DNA of 54,053 nt, the filler included, from Sluysia triapertura (Eukaryota): NCBI GenBank assembly GCA_046118255.1. It is 4 parts of 4 records of this genome, joined end to end, with 100 filler letters (N's around TTAATTAATTAA, not from the genome) between each part and the next. Parts side by side here need not be neighbours in the genome. Positions count along the whole stretch, not along the records: positions 13,038 to 26,147 come from JBJNIA010058876.1; 3 more parts are not named here. One strand, given 5' to 3'. The position numbers and the translations under genes were made by a program. Within the stretch, counting starts at the first letter, position 1, and each line of letters opens with the position of its first letter. Of the stretch, positions 13,038-26,247 are shown in pieces. A model generated the notes under the pieces. That model saw only the letters and a program-made list of their open reading frames with translations, was not told the origin of the DNA and made no database searches.

Positions 13038-13818
13038 TCCATTTTACTTTTTAAGTTAAGAAAATCCAACGGTTGGCCATTCAGTTTGTAAGTCCAATAC
13101 GTTGGTGAACTCACCAGTTTTAAGTTTTATTCTACACACTTCATACTTTTCTTACATACATACATACATATATATATTTTTCACTCAACATAAATCATGA
13201 ACATCAATTTATCCGAAGGATGCAAATATTAATCTAATTTTGTACAAATTTACAAAAATTCATCAGGCATATTATTGATTATTTTTATTTAATTTTAATA
13301 ATTAAAAATATAAAATTAAAAAATAAATCTAAATGTAACAAAACCAGCAATTAGGTGTTCACGAAGGTTTATCTGTACTACTCACTACACAATAAAGATG
13401 AGTAATTTGTTCAATGAGCCAAATTTTCATAAGCACCAGAAATAGTAAATCATATAAAAAGTATCAACATAACAAAACAAAAAATTTTAAAAATGGCGTA
13501 CATTAATAATATCTTACATTATTAGCACTGAAATATGCATTGTAAGGCATTGCAAATGACCTTTAATATAACTTCTAATTACAATATTACAATTTTAAAA
13601 ATCAAAGGTTACATTTAAACATATGCAATTCGTACACTAAGTTACAAATTACATATAATTTCACATCAATAATTTATTGACAATGTAACTTATAATAAAT
13701 ATTTTTATATGATGCGACCTCTGACATAATTTAACATAAATATGAATAAAAGTAAATAAATAATTACATCAATCAAAATTACGTTGTCAATCATATTAAT
13801 ATTATTCTAAAAATTTAA

Positions 13819-14765
13819 CTAGCCTTTTTCATGCGACAGTTGCACTTCAACGTTTACCATCATTTTTGAAAGTTCATCCAATAATTTAGGACTTATTGTA
13901 AGATCATCGCAACCACACAAACCAATAATTTGGTTCACATTGCGAAACGAGGCACCCATGATCTATTAAGAATACTTAATAAATAAAAAATGATCTAACT
14001 TCAGTTTTGTAACCATGTTTTTTATAATAATTATAAATATTTGTAACTGAAATCACTCCAGGATCTTCTAACATAGGATATTCACGTTTACCGTATTTGC
14101 TGATATGCCAATCATATATTCGACCAACAAAAGGCGATATTAAAGTAACACCGGCTTCGGCACATGCAACTGCTTGACAAAATGCAAACATAAGTGTTAA
14201 ATTACAGTGTATCCCAAATTTAGATTCCAATTCTGCTGCAGCTTGAATACCTTCCCATGTTGAACTGAGCTTTATCAAAACGCGTTCTTTACTAATTCCA
14301 GCTTTTTCATAAAGTTCAATTAATTGCTTAGCTTTTTCGATTTGAGCATTTTTATCAAAAGATAGCCTACAATTAAGTTTAAACGTATGCAAAGCACTAA
14401 CCTGGCATCCACTTCAGTTGATACTCTTCCGGGGATTATTTTAAGAATTTCACAGCCAAAATTAACACATAACTTATTCATAGCTAAATCCACTTTATCA
14501 TCTAAATTACTATAATAAATCTTAAAATTAACATAGCACTAACTTTCCATTTTCTTTAGCATATAATATGGCATCATCAATTAATTTCGCATATTCTGGA
14601 ATTTTTGCTGCAGCGAGAATTAAACTAGGATTTGTAGTTGAGTCAGTTGGACAAAATGTTTTAATAGCTAAAAAGTAGTTTAGAAAATTAATACCTACAA
14701 TTAAAATCGCCTGTATCAGCAACAACTTTAGTATATATTTTTATTTGGTCTAAGGCTGATGTCAT
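13819..14765 (-). CDS. TALDO1: Transaldolase, 3'-incomplete
   Basis: Exons 14765-14699, 14667-14544, 14509-14402, 14366-14000 and 13962-(13824 or stop at 13819) join in phase through GT-AG introns of 31, 34, 35 and 37 nt. Motifs present: [44 protein letters not shown] (Schiff-base Lys), [35 protein letters not shown]. The C-terminal ~50 aa are not found. Confidence 0.96.
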
Positions 14766-15887
14766 CAAGTGTAGTTACGTAAATAAAATTGAATAACCTT
14801 ACTTGTATTTATAAAAGAATTAAATTTAGTTAAACAAAATGTTTCAAATTATCAGGACATTAAAAATTATTTGTTTCATTACATGTATATTCATAAATCA
14901 ATACATATTATTCATTTGTTGATGTCAATATGCCACATTTTTTAATTAAAAGCTAAATCTTTGTATTTTTGTGATAAAAATGTGTTTTGCATTAAAAAAG
15001 TAAAATCTTAATGCATCATGTGTCATAATCCAAATGATATGCTATAAAATCTTGTGTATAAGCCAGACCTATAAATTTTTTTGAAACGATCTTTTTCTGT
15101 GGATAAGTTACGGTTTACTCATGAAAACTTAAATATATCGGAATTTTTTTAGCATCATTTTAATTTTCATTTATATATCAGTTTAATGATTCTTTTAACT
15201 TTATAAAGGTCACCATATTAAATCTTTATTTACAAATTATGTTAAGCTTCATTTTTTTCACAAAAAAGTTGTTTTTTTGTTTTAAAATCCCATGTATAGG
15301 TCACAGTACAGATTTCAAAAAAACTTTTTTTCTTGGATAAGCTGCGACTTAAACACGGGATTTTACTGTAGTTTTAATTACTTTTTAAAATAATTATTGT
15401 AATTTTAAGAGATATAATTCTGATTTATTTTAATTCCACAATTTGTAATGCAAAATTTAAGTTGAATTTAAAAATTTAGTGCAAACAGTTAACATTATGT
15501 AGTTTAAAAGGTTTAAATTTTTGGTACTATTTTCAATTTTAATTAATTCTTTAAATAAATGTAATTTCAAATTGTCTGAAATTTGCTTATTTTAAATTTA
15601 ATTTTTAGTTATTTAGTTCTAGCAAAATATATAAATTTTTTTAAAAGTATTTAATCTTTATTTTAAAAAATAATTAATAATACATCCCTTTATTTATAAA
15701 TTACGAATAATAATAAAATATAGCAAGAGAGATGAAATATGAAAGCATTTTTATTATTTTAAATTTTGAAAGTATAAGAAAAATATTTTTATTTTATAGT
15801 TAAATTAGAATCCAAAAAATTTAGTTTAAATTAAACAAGTTAAGAAAATATATTTTATTGAATTATTAGAATGTCTATTTAGTTTCA

Positions 15888-18800
15888 ATGAGTATTTATT
15901 TTAGCAATACAAAGTTTTTATCATTTCAAGCGTACGATCAACGATTTAAGGATAATGTTGATTTGAATTTTGGCGGAAAAAGTATATAAATTTAATGTTT
16001 TTATAGTTGAATTTTTATAGTTGTTTTGCCGCACAAATGTCTTAATGAAATCGGTTTGTTTTTATGTGGATTCTTTAAAATTTTATAATCTGAAAGAAAT
16101 TATAAAAAGTAATGTTAAAATTATATTATGTAAAAATTAAAATTTTGAAAGCATTTATAATAACTTAAAATATAAAATTTAAGATGTTCGATGCACTTAT
16201 TATTTTTCTGTAGTTTATTATACTGGATTTTAACATGATGGGTGTTTAAGATATTAAAATTTTATAGCAATTTGTGGAGAGTCTGTACTTGTTTTTAAAG
16301 AGTAATTGATATTAGGCGAACAATTACTAATGTTTTTCTTTCTAATTTAAATGTAAAGATGTTACACCCATATCATTTTATTATTATTTTATTTGTTAGA
16401 GGCGTCACTAATATTATTATTAATTCATTTTTAGGTCGTGATGACTCCTGATTTGACAATTTGTTTTTTAGTAAGAATTATGGTAGACTAACTTTTCCTT
16501 TGGTTAAGCAAATTTTAGGGAGAACCTCTGAAGGTGTATTAAAAACCAGTAAATGAATCGTGGAAACGAAATACATAAAAGATATATTAACAGTTTTGGA
16601 AAAGCAGGAGTCGTTAAAAATTTATTGTAATCGGTACATTATACTCTATTCAACAAGCAAAAAAGCGAACAAATTTAACCAAACTAAAAATTTACTATAC
16701 GATGTTTAATGAATTGGTTTTGTTAGAGTTAAATCTATTATTAAAAAAGCTACCAACTTCATAAGGTCTAAATTTTGAATTGATCATTTAAGTTGAAAGC
16801 TCGTTTATGATTTCCTAAAAATTTGTCTTTAAAATAGCTTGTATTTTCATTTACAAGAAATCTTAATGTCAGCTTCTTTACTAAGGTTAACCTTTTGTGC
16901 TTTATTAACTTTTTAGTAGCCTATATTTCCTCCTTTGCACAAGCTTTAATGTATAAAAATAACTAAATAATCTAATTAGCCTGATTGTTTATGATTCTTT
17001 CAAAATAGTTATTGATTCGGTGCACTAACTTGTAATAGTAATGAACAGCATACATTTATATAATCTAGCCTTTCAAATATGTCTCTAAGGTTTATGAACA
17101 TGCTCTTAAATGTTATGTTGACTTTATTAATTTGATTCTTATTATTATAACTATAATTATTAACAATTGCAGCATAATTTATACTTTGCAGCTTTGAATT
17201 AAAATTTTGTTAAAAGTACATGATGTTTCATTAACCTTAAGTTGTTTTTCGAAAATTAAACTTTATCAAATAATAATTCAAACAAATTAGATAAATTTTA
17301 ATTGGCATTTTTGTATCGTCAATACATACTCCACTTTTAAATGTTCTCTAAAATTATCAGTAGTTTTATTTGGTTTTGAGTTCCCATCAACATCATTTTC
17401 AAGATTTTATAAAAGTATTGATAAACTTTTACTAAATGCATAATTTCATTTTTGACTCTACACTGTATAATATTGTGTCTTCCATGATTATTACCAGATT
17501 TAACGCAATTTTTTCATCCTTTAAAAGATTGCATGTCTTCTTAATGCATCAATTTATTATATCCGCTTTACTAGTTACTGCCTTTATATCACTTTCATTA
17601 GATTCAGAAAAATTTTCAATCATTATGATATTCAAATCTGATGTATAATGTTTAAGCAATAACTCATGTCCAAGTATTGACAAAGGATCAAACATAGGCG
17701 ATACCAGCATTCTTAACTCGTGTTTCCTGTGGCAATTTTGAAAATTTTGAGATGAGATGAGAGAAACCGCTTTAAATTTAGAGGAAATGCAAATTAACCT
17801 TTATCATGAAGCACAAACACGTGAACACGTTACGTAATGTGTTAAGATCAAAATATACTTTTACTTTAATATATGTGAATTAACATCAGAAAAATAATCT
17901 CAAATGGGTAAATTTTAAATTATATTTATTTTCAATAGTTTTGCAATATGGAAGACGTTCATCTGGATCACTTTATCTCTAGGGATAGAGATTCGATCAG
18001 AATATATAGAAGCCAGAAATGCACTGACAGAGGTAATGACAGTCAGAAATGTCTTGATGGCTTATTCAAACTCTTGCTATAGTCTGAAATGTCCTGCTGA
18101 TGTTCCACAGATATTAACTAATAAGATATCTTGGATGTTGCAAGCCATTGAAAAATTAAAAAGTTAGACATGGATATCACATCAACTTAGTGATTTACAA
18201 AAATTATGAAGATATATGTTAGTATCTTCCACTGTGGCGGGAGGATGATCAAAATTGAGTCGTTTTGCAACATGCGACGGAAAGTGCAATAATTGGCTCA
18301 TTAATGAAGATGAACCTAAGTAAATATAGTACATCAGAAGTGTATTTAGTGATCAGCAGTTTGTAATGCACATTATAACTTCAAACCTTGGTGAAACTAT
18401 AGATTCTGAAACTAGACTCTGAAGCTTAATCAACATCGACCTGAAGCAATACTTCATCTTTCTTACTCTTCAGACTTTGGAAGAAAGTTATTTCTGTATT
18501 TTTAACATCTGGATCAGTTTCTTCTTAAATATGTCAAAAATTCCTTGAATTTCTTGGATTCAAGGACTCCATAGTTACATAAAATTGGAATAAAGAAACG
18601 TTTACATGAATAGTATCAAAGTATTGAAATATCTGGCTTTCATTTGATTAAATAAAACCAATTTTTGATAATTTTGATTTTTCATATAAATTTATATGTT
18701 CTGATTAAATTATTTTCTTTATTAGGTTCTGAGTTACTTAATGTTTATACACAGTTTTGATAAGCAACTTCTTTGAATCTATTTTTATATTTAATTTAAA

Positions 18801-21167
18801 TTATAAAGCTATTTTAATTTTAATTTAATATAATTAACAGAAATATTGTCATTTTTATTGTATTTAGCATCTCGTTATCAGGGTGAAATTCCAAATCCAA
18901 TGTTATTTAAATTAACAAATAAGAGAAACAATAAATTTACTCATTGTGGAGTTTTTGATTTTTCGAATTCTGTGAATGGTTATGTGCCGGAATGGGTTAG
19001 TTTGGGTTTCTTATAACAATAATTATAAATAAAACCTTTTTGATTAATTAAATTTAAATGTTTATTTTCTGATCTTGTGAAATTGCAATGTTTTGTTTAT
19101 TTATGCACAGAAAAGTATCTGCAGACAAGGAATAATATATTCGACTGACAAAATTAGAAAGTCTAGTCCTTATTAAAAGTGAGCATTTTATACAGAAAGT
19201 ATTTCGATAACTTTTGAAATAAGTGTAAGCTTAACTTTAACATAATGTAAGGATGGAATATGAATTCTGTGTAATGATTTTTAAGACTTGATTCTAGGTT
19301 GTTCTTATTAATAAAGATAATGTGATCTTATAAATTTCTGAATTTTGGTTATATTGATAATGTTTATTTTCGGGTTAAAACTTAGAGTAACATTATAAAG
19401 GTAGTTTTCGTGATTCTTTATAAGATAGATGGTTTCATTAGTTTGTAGCTGCGTGACTTTAATATAGACAGTATTTTCTATTAAGTTACTATTAAGTGTA
19501 TTTTCAACAATTCATGCACATAATTTCTCTTAAGATGCATATTACTTTTGATGATTAATTATAAAAATAATGCTTTATTTTGCTTAAATGAGAATAAATA
19601 ACTTTACGTTGAACATCATCACATTTCTCTATTAAAACTGTAACTTTTTATCCTTTTTGAGATTGATATCTACTGCTTCTCATATATCATTAGTTGTATG
19701 ATTTGCAAATCTCCAAGTAACATAGTTAACCTTAGTCATATTCGAGTTTTGGAATAGAATAGTTAAGACAGACATTTATAATAGATTCGCTAAACTTTTA
19801 ATTAACTTTTGTTTACTAAAGTTTAAATTTTGCCAATTTATAATATATCACAATTTTTAATTAGGTAGCTAATGTATCCAATTCTCATTTCATTGGATTA
19901 GCAACAAAATTTATTAATTTTCAAGTAAATTAAATTTAATGAAATTGTCACAATGGTGACAAATAATTAAATTGTTCTTGACAATAATGAGGAGTATATT
20001 GATTTNNNNNNNNNNNNNNNNNNNNNNNNNNNNNNNNNNNNNNNNNNNNNNNNNNNNNNNNNNNNNNNNNNNNNNNNNNNNNNNNNNNNNNNNNNNNNNN
20101 NNNNNNNNNNNNNNNNNNNNNNNNNNNNNNNNNNNNNNNNNNNNNNATTAATAAATTATCCTATCACTTGTTTTAAAGAATTACACAATTTTAATTTATT
20201 TTAAAAATAAACATAATGTTAAACTTTTTGAAGTTTTGTAGACTATCAGAATAAAAGTTATGAGAATTATGAAATGTTTTAATATCTCTTTAAAGATGAT
20301 TAGTACGATGAAATGAGAAGTAATTCTAACATCGACAAATATAATTTAGAATAAAATTTTTCAAAGTCATTATAAAAGATGGCGATAATGACATATTCAA
20401 AGTTCTTTTATTTTATGAATATTCTAGCCTAAGATTTAATATCGAGCTCTATGAGGAGTAGTATAAAGTAAAAAGATGTATGACTTTTAGTATGTTTGAG
20501 AAGAAAATAACCTTTTTGTGTAATATGTTATAATTGAATGGAATAAAAACAAAATGCTTTAATGAGTAACGCTGTGTATAAATAGTTGCATATAGATTGG
20601 AACTCAGAATGTAAACAGGAATTCTCGCGGCTACTAAATCTGAATTTGAGATTTTCCATTCCTATTTCTATTATGTATTGATTTTTTATATCATTGAAGC
20701 TGTTTTTATCTAATTTTTAACATTTTATTTAATATCAACATTTTTAACGCATTCAAATAAAACTTCAATAATTTTCATTACATCTTCAGTAACAAATTTC
20801 ATTTTATTCTCACAGTTAATTTCTGAAACATTTTATAATTTTGTCTGTAAATTTAAAATTCCTCATTAATTCGGGTATCACATCATCAAAGCGTTTTATG
20901 TAATCCCTAATAGAATCATTAGACTACTTATCGAATAAATTTAAACCATTAACAACTCTATATTCACGTAATATTACGATTAATTTGTTCATATCTGTCT
21001 TACAAAACTTTGCGAAAACTTCATAAATATGCTATATTATAGCCAATGGCTATTTTTATACAAATAAAAGGTGACCAACATAATATAAAATCTCATGTAA
21101 TCTCAAGTGACTTTGAAGATCAATACAACACAAAGATTTATTAATAGTAATTATAACAACAATAATA

Positions 21168-21230
<63 letters not shown>

Positions 21231-24200
21231 TAATAATAATTAATAATGACTTATTCTAATGTTGTACTCAACTTTTCATAAGAAATTTCAAAAGCACACG
21301 ACAGTAACTAAATTTTTAACAGTCCATATAAGGTTTTGTGAATATAAAGTTGAGAAATGAAAAATATAATGTAAAATATTGTTTAACAAAATATATTGTA
21401 TTTCCTTGGACACTGTAATTTCGATACCTATGAAGAATCTATATGTTGAAGTATCAACAAAAATATTCACCTCTGAATTCACTTATATAATATTAAGTTG
21501 ACAAGGAAGAAATTTGTATTTAGTAATATTCCAAATTTGTTGGAAAGTTATATATATCGTCTCTTTATAGAAATCATGGTAATCTCTAAAACTTAAAAAT
21601 TAATTTTGTTGAAAATGGATGGTCTGACTTATGAAATATGAGTTCTTACGTGGAACTACGGTACCACAGACTACACGAAACTCAACTGATAGTATCAAAT
21701 TGGTTCGCCAAATTTCATAAGGTAACTCTGACTACAAATTATCCAATCTGTCGTCCAGAATCAATGTCTATTCTATCTATTCCATCTATTCAATCCATTC
21801 CATCTCAGAATACCCATGAATAATCCTTGAAGTTTTGTGTTAGCAAACAACCAATAGTAACTCATTTAGCTCAAATCGATAAAGTGAAAAATTGGATAAG
21901 TGAGTTCTAAATAAACTGAATGAAAAACAGAAACAAAATCGTTTGGAAGCATGTTTGAATTGTCACTTATGATGAGAAATGGATCCAAAAGGACAATCGT
22001 AAACGTATAACACAATGGTTGGACAAGAATTAATAACCAAAACACATTCCAAATCGCAATATTCATCAAAAGAAACTGGTGGTGAATGTTTGGTAGTCAA
22101 CAGATTGATTCCAATCTTATTAAACGATAATACTAGGCCACACACTGCACAGATAACTGTGGCAAATCTACAGGAATTTGAGTTGGAACTTCATTATCTT
22201 CGATACTCGCCAGACCTAGCCCATTGATAACCACTTTGTAATTTAATTCCAACAGTGCTGTAAAACTGCTTTCCAAGAATTCATTTATTCTCGTCAGAGT
22301 TTTATATCATCGGCCTGAGCAGCGTGTTGATTAAGTGGCAAAAGTGTCCATATAATGTGTGCATACTTTGCTGAATAAAATAATTCCTTACATTTGTAAG
22401 TTATCAACCAACTTTGTCTTTTTTCAACAAATTCACTTTTATTTATTAGGATGCCTCATAAGTGATGTACTTTTTTGTAATGTCTTAAGCATTAGAAATA
22501 TTCAACTTTTTTTCTAAACATTATGCCATTTATTGATGGTGTTCTATGTTTTGTTTTAACACTTCAATTTAAATTTAATGAGGATTAAAAAATTGTACTA
22601 AGTAGCTGCTTGTTCAGGATTTATTGGAAAAAGGAGTCACAACAACATATGCGAAGTAGAAGGCACTCTAGAAAATTTAATGGTTAAGGTTAGAGATTAA
22701 AGACGAAAATAGATCTGGTTAGCCAAGTGAGAAAAAAAGAACAAAAAGAAAGTGAGAAAGGCATATTTGGTTAGCCGGTTCAAAAGTCGTAATTTGCGTT
22801 TGAATAAATTTTGAAGTTATAATTTGCTCGAATTGATTTCCGATTGTCAATCAACTATAATTTATGTTGCATTCAGAAAAATATACTTGAAGTTATTATG
22901 ATTTATTTTTATCCAAAATTAATCAATAGATAGTGCCCAAAAACCAAGAAATTAATAGATAATCTAGATTGATCTTGTTCTTTCGGACTATTACTTGTTT
23001 TGATCAATTACTCTATTCTTAAAAAACAGGACTTTCAATAACAACATAAAAAGAAAGGATTGATATTTAAATGGTTAGCAAAACTCTTTAGAACAAGTTG
23101 TATTATATTTTGGATACTAAATACATCGCATATTACTTTCGGGACATATACTCCACCATAGCATAACTCACGATGTCATATCGGTATGGCTCACAATAAC
23201 AGAATGTGACTTTTAAAGTTCATTTCTTGTAGTTGCAGCAAAATTTTCTAAGCTGTTAATTGTAATATTATTTTAATTGTTTCTAAAATTCAGGCTTATA
23301 TATTGTTGATTTCAATATTATTTTTGTAAGTATTTTTAGTAATATAATATGATCTATTTCTACCACAATTTTGTGTATACCTATTTCGACCAAAAAGTGT
23401 ATATTTAGATCTAGGGTGAGCTGAAGGAAAATTATACCGCTATATAAATTTAACAATTATTATTCTGAGAGTCAGAAATGGTTAAACTTAGAAAATAATT
23501 TCAAATTAGAATGTTAAAATGTTTCTTTTGACTCCTTTGGTAGAAATTGTGTTAATTATTTGTGAAAGAATATTATCAAATTCAAATCATGAAATTACAA
23601 TACTCTTATGTAAAAATTTCAAAATTAAAAAAAATAAAAATCGTTTTAAGAAAAGTCCAAATAGTCCAGATGGAACTGCCAATAAATTTTTCACGATGAA
23701 TTATTTAAATAATATTATAAATATCAAATATTCAAACATATTTTCTGAGTTATAAAAATGCAATGTTATAGTTGAATATCATCTTTATGAGCTTGTCTAG
23801 TCAACCTACTGCATGATTGAAGTAATGATTTTTATAACTTAAAAAGGTCTTATTTGTTCTTGGAAGATGTTTTTTAAACATTTATTGTAATCATTCACAT
23901 TAATTTATTATGTACTAATGATCTGTTTAGAGATATAACTTTGTTTAAATCGTTATTAACTCTGGAAATTAAATTCAAATGCGTTGTTTTTCATCTTAAA
24001 AGTAAAATGGATGTTAGTTGCTTCATATGATATTCAAGAATTTGTTATAATTTCTTTTATGTTACTTTTTTAGCATTGTATGATTTATTTTGCTAAATTT
24101 GTTTAAACCAATTTATAATTTAAACCAGTTCTGGACTTAAATAAATCATTGTATTTTTAGCTGGATTTGACGCTATTAAAATCAAAAAATTTATATTTAA

Positions 24201-24361
24201 AAGTTTAAAAATAAATTATTTCATAAACAGGTTCAAACAGAATTAGAAATTACTGATCAAGATGAACTTCACACTGAACTAATTTCATTACCAGTGGGTC
24301 GTTATGCATGTTTGAAACCTATGAATAAAGAATTTAAAAATATTGCAGAACCAATTGTTGT
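15888..24361 (+). CDS. UFD1: UFD1-like ubiquitin-fusion degradation protein (divergent), N-terminal four exons
   Basis: Exons 15888-15981, 16021-16053, 18868-18995 and 24231-24361 join in phase to give MSIYFSNTKFLSFQAYDQRFKDNVDLNFGGKIVLPHKCLNEIASRYQGEIPNPMLFKLTNKRNNKFTHCGVFDFSNSVNGYVPEWVQTELEITDQDELHTELISLPVGRYACLKPMNKEFKNIAEPIVV. This matches the UFD1 motifs GGKI.MP, PMLFKLTN, THCGVLEF and LP.W. Absent from the ORF track; later exons not found before the 26148 join. Confidence 0.88.
21164..21248. repeat. (AAT)n microsatellite
   Basis: Directly visible. Confidence 0.95.
21600..22460 (+). mobile_element. Mariner (DD34D-type) transposase remnant inside UFD1 intron 3
   Basis: Frameshifted pieces NEKQKQNRLEACL, ILLNDNTRPHTAQIT (HDNARPH motif), YSPDLA, AVKTAFQEFIYSR and KWQKC; internal deletion and many stops. 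Confidence 0.85.
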
Positions 24362-25281
24362 GTTAGTAAAAATATAATTGTAAATTATTTTTCTGTAAAA
24401 TGTTGATAGTACTTCCCAGACAATTTTCTCAAGATCATATCTTAGTGAACAAAAAACTCGATACTACATTTAGTTGAAATTTACTCTTCTTTTGGAGTTG
24501 CAAAGTTAATTTTTAATATTCCAAATAGTACTTTCGTTCGCAAGTTTATAAACTTATTTGGTATTTAAAGGTAAGAACGTAGGTCAAGTTGTTTCTTGAA
24601 GATGCTTTTTAATAATAAATCACATCGGACTGTATTCAAGTCTTTATTCAGCATGTCACTTATATTTCTCCGTCTTCAATGAAGAAATTTTAGGGAGAAC
24701 GAAAAGTAAACAATTTCAACAATTATAATTAGACTAAATTTAGCGTAAATGATGAAAGATTTGAACATAAAATGTTTTATTTTGTTTTTCATAAAATTTC
24801 TATGTAATGTTAATGAGATTGGTAATGTATTTATTTTTAAATCGAAGTTGTCGCATTTATTAAAGTTAAAGTGATAACATTTCAACTTTGAACTTTATTT
24901 CAAACTTTGAAAGAACATTTCATAAAATAAAGGGACAAAATTGGATAAAAAATTTAAAATCTACTTGAAAAGTTAATAACTTGTTAGCTAAAAGTCCTAA
25001 TCTGGAACATTTACAGTAATTATTAGACCATCATTATTTATTTTCTTCGTGAATCATGACTTCTATTGTGTTAGAATAAATATAATTTCCGTCATTCTAA
25101 ACTAAAAAACATTTAAAATTCTTTTGATTTGATTTTCTTTTCGGATACATATTTAACTTGAAGTTTAGCTATTCGATTTAGATCGTTTCGTGATGTGATT
25201 GTCTTAGTGATATACAAACCGATAAATCACTAGTTGGTTTGAGAAAAATAATGATTATATTAGAAACAGTGACTGTTTGAC

Positions 25282-25658
25282 CACTGTTGTAGCAAACATA
25301 ACTGGCTCCGGAGCACAAAACGTTATTAGTGGTCGCAATAGTTATAGTTCGACCGCTAAATTAATAATAGTTCAAGGTCGAAGTGCATAAAATATAGCAA
25401 AAGACTATAGTGTATTGTTGCTTATTTTATTTTCTTTAAAAAAATTAAAATATATCATTATTTTAGAAATATAAGGTGTTCAGATATTTGATTGATTTAC
25501 TGCAAAAATTATTTATTACATATTTTATCAAACAAATCAAGAAACTAAATAATTATGTTACGATGATATTAATTTAAAATATATTTCAAAATAACAATTT
25601 AAATTTTCTGGTGCCCAGGGCTTGATGAAACCCCATTACCATTTTTGCTATGCTACTG
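25282..25658. mobile_element. hAT-like MITE
   Basis: Flanks TGTTTGAC (25274-25281) and TGTTTGAT (25659-25666) form an 8-bp TSD with one mismatch. Ends CACTGTTGTAGCAAA and TTTGCTATGCTACTG are imperfect inverted repeats (10/15). Confidence 0.5.
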
Positions 25659-26247
25659 TGTTTGATTCTTGAAGGCATAGATTTTCTTTTCATCTATAGT
25701 TGCAAATCTTTCATTAATTTGGTATTCTCTTGCAAAAATGCTACCGTTATTTAATGAAAAGTGATTATTTAAATATGAAGCACTAAACAATTTCTTAATT
25801 TCCATTCGAATTTTCAAACTTATTATTAAATGAATCGTTTTACCTTACTACAATCTATCTAATATATTCTGCAGTTAATAATAATAATAAAATAACTTCT
25901 TTTCGAATCAGTTATCCTTCCAATGATTCTTTATATAAACGAGGTGAAAATCGATGACATTCAATCAAAAATATGAGAGCAGGAATTTATCAATTTGAAT
26001 TGCACTACATTATATAGCTTTGTGTAGTACTCTATAAAAACACAAAATGGACAGTGAAATTCACCTTTTTTTCTATTTCTTAATTTTTCTATTTTCCACC
26101 TTCGTTGTTTCATGCTAGAACTGTGATCAGCCTATGACTCTCCATTANNNNNNNNNNNNNNNNNNNNNNNNNNNNNNNNNNNNNNNNNNNNTTAATTAAT
26201 TAANNNNNNNNNNNNNNNNNNNNNNNNNNNNNNNNNNNNNNNNNNNN

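Noticed and set aside
17100-18660. Coding-like, slightly GC-richer blocks in UFD1 intron 2
   Set aside because: Probably TE debris, but no diagnostic motif could be read.
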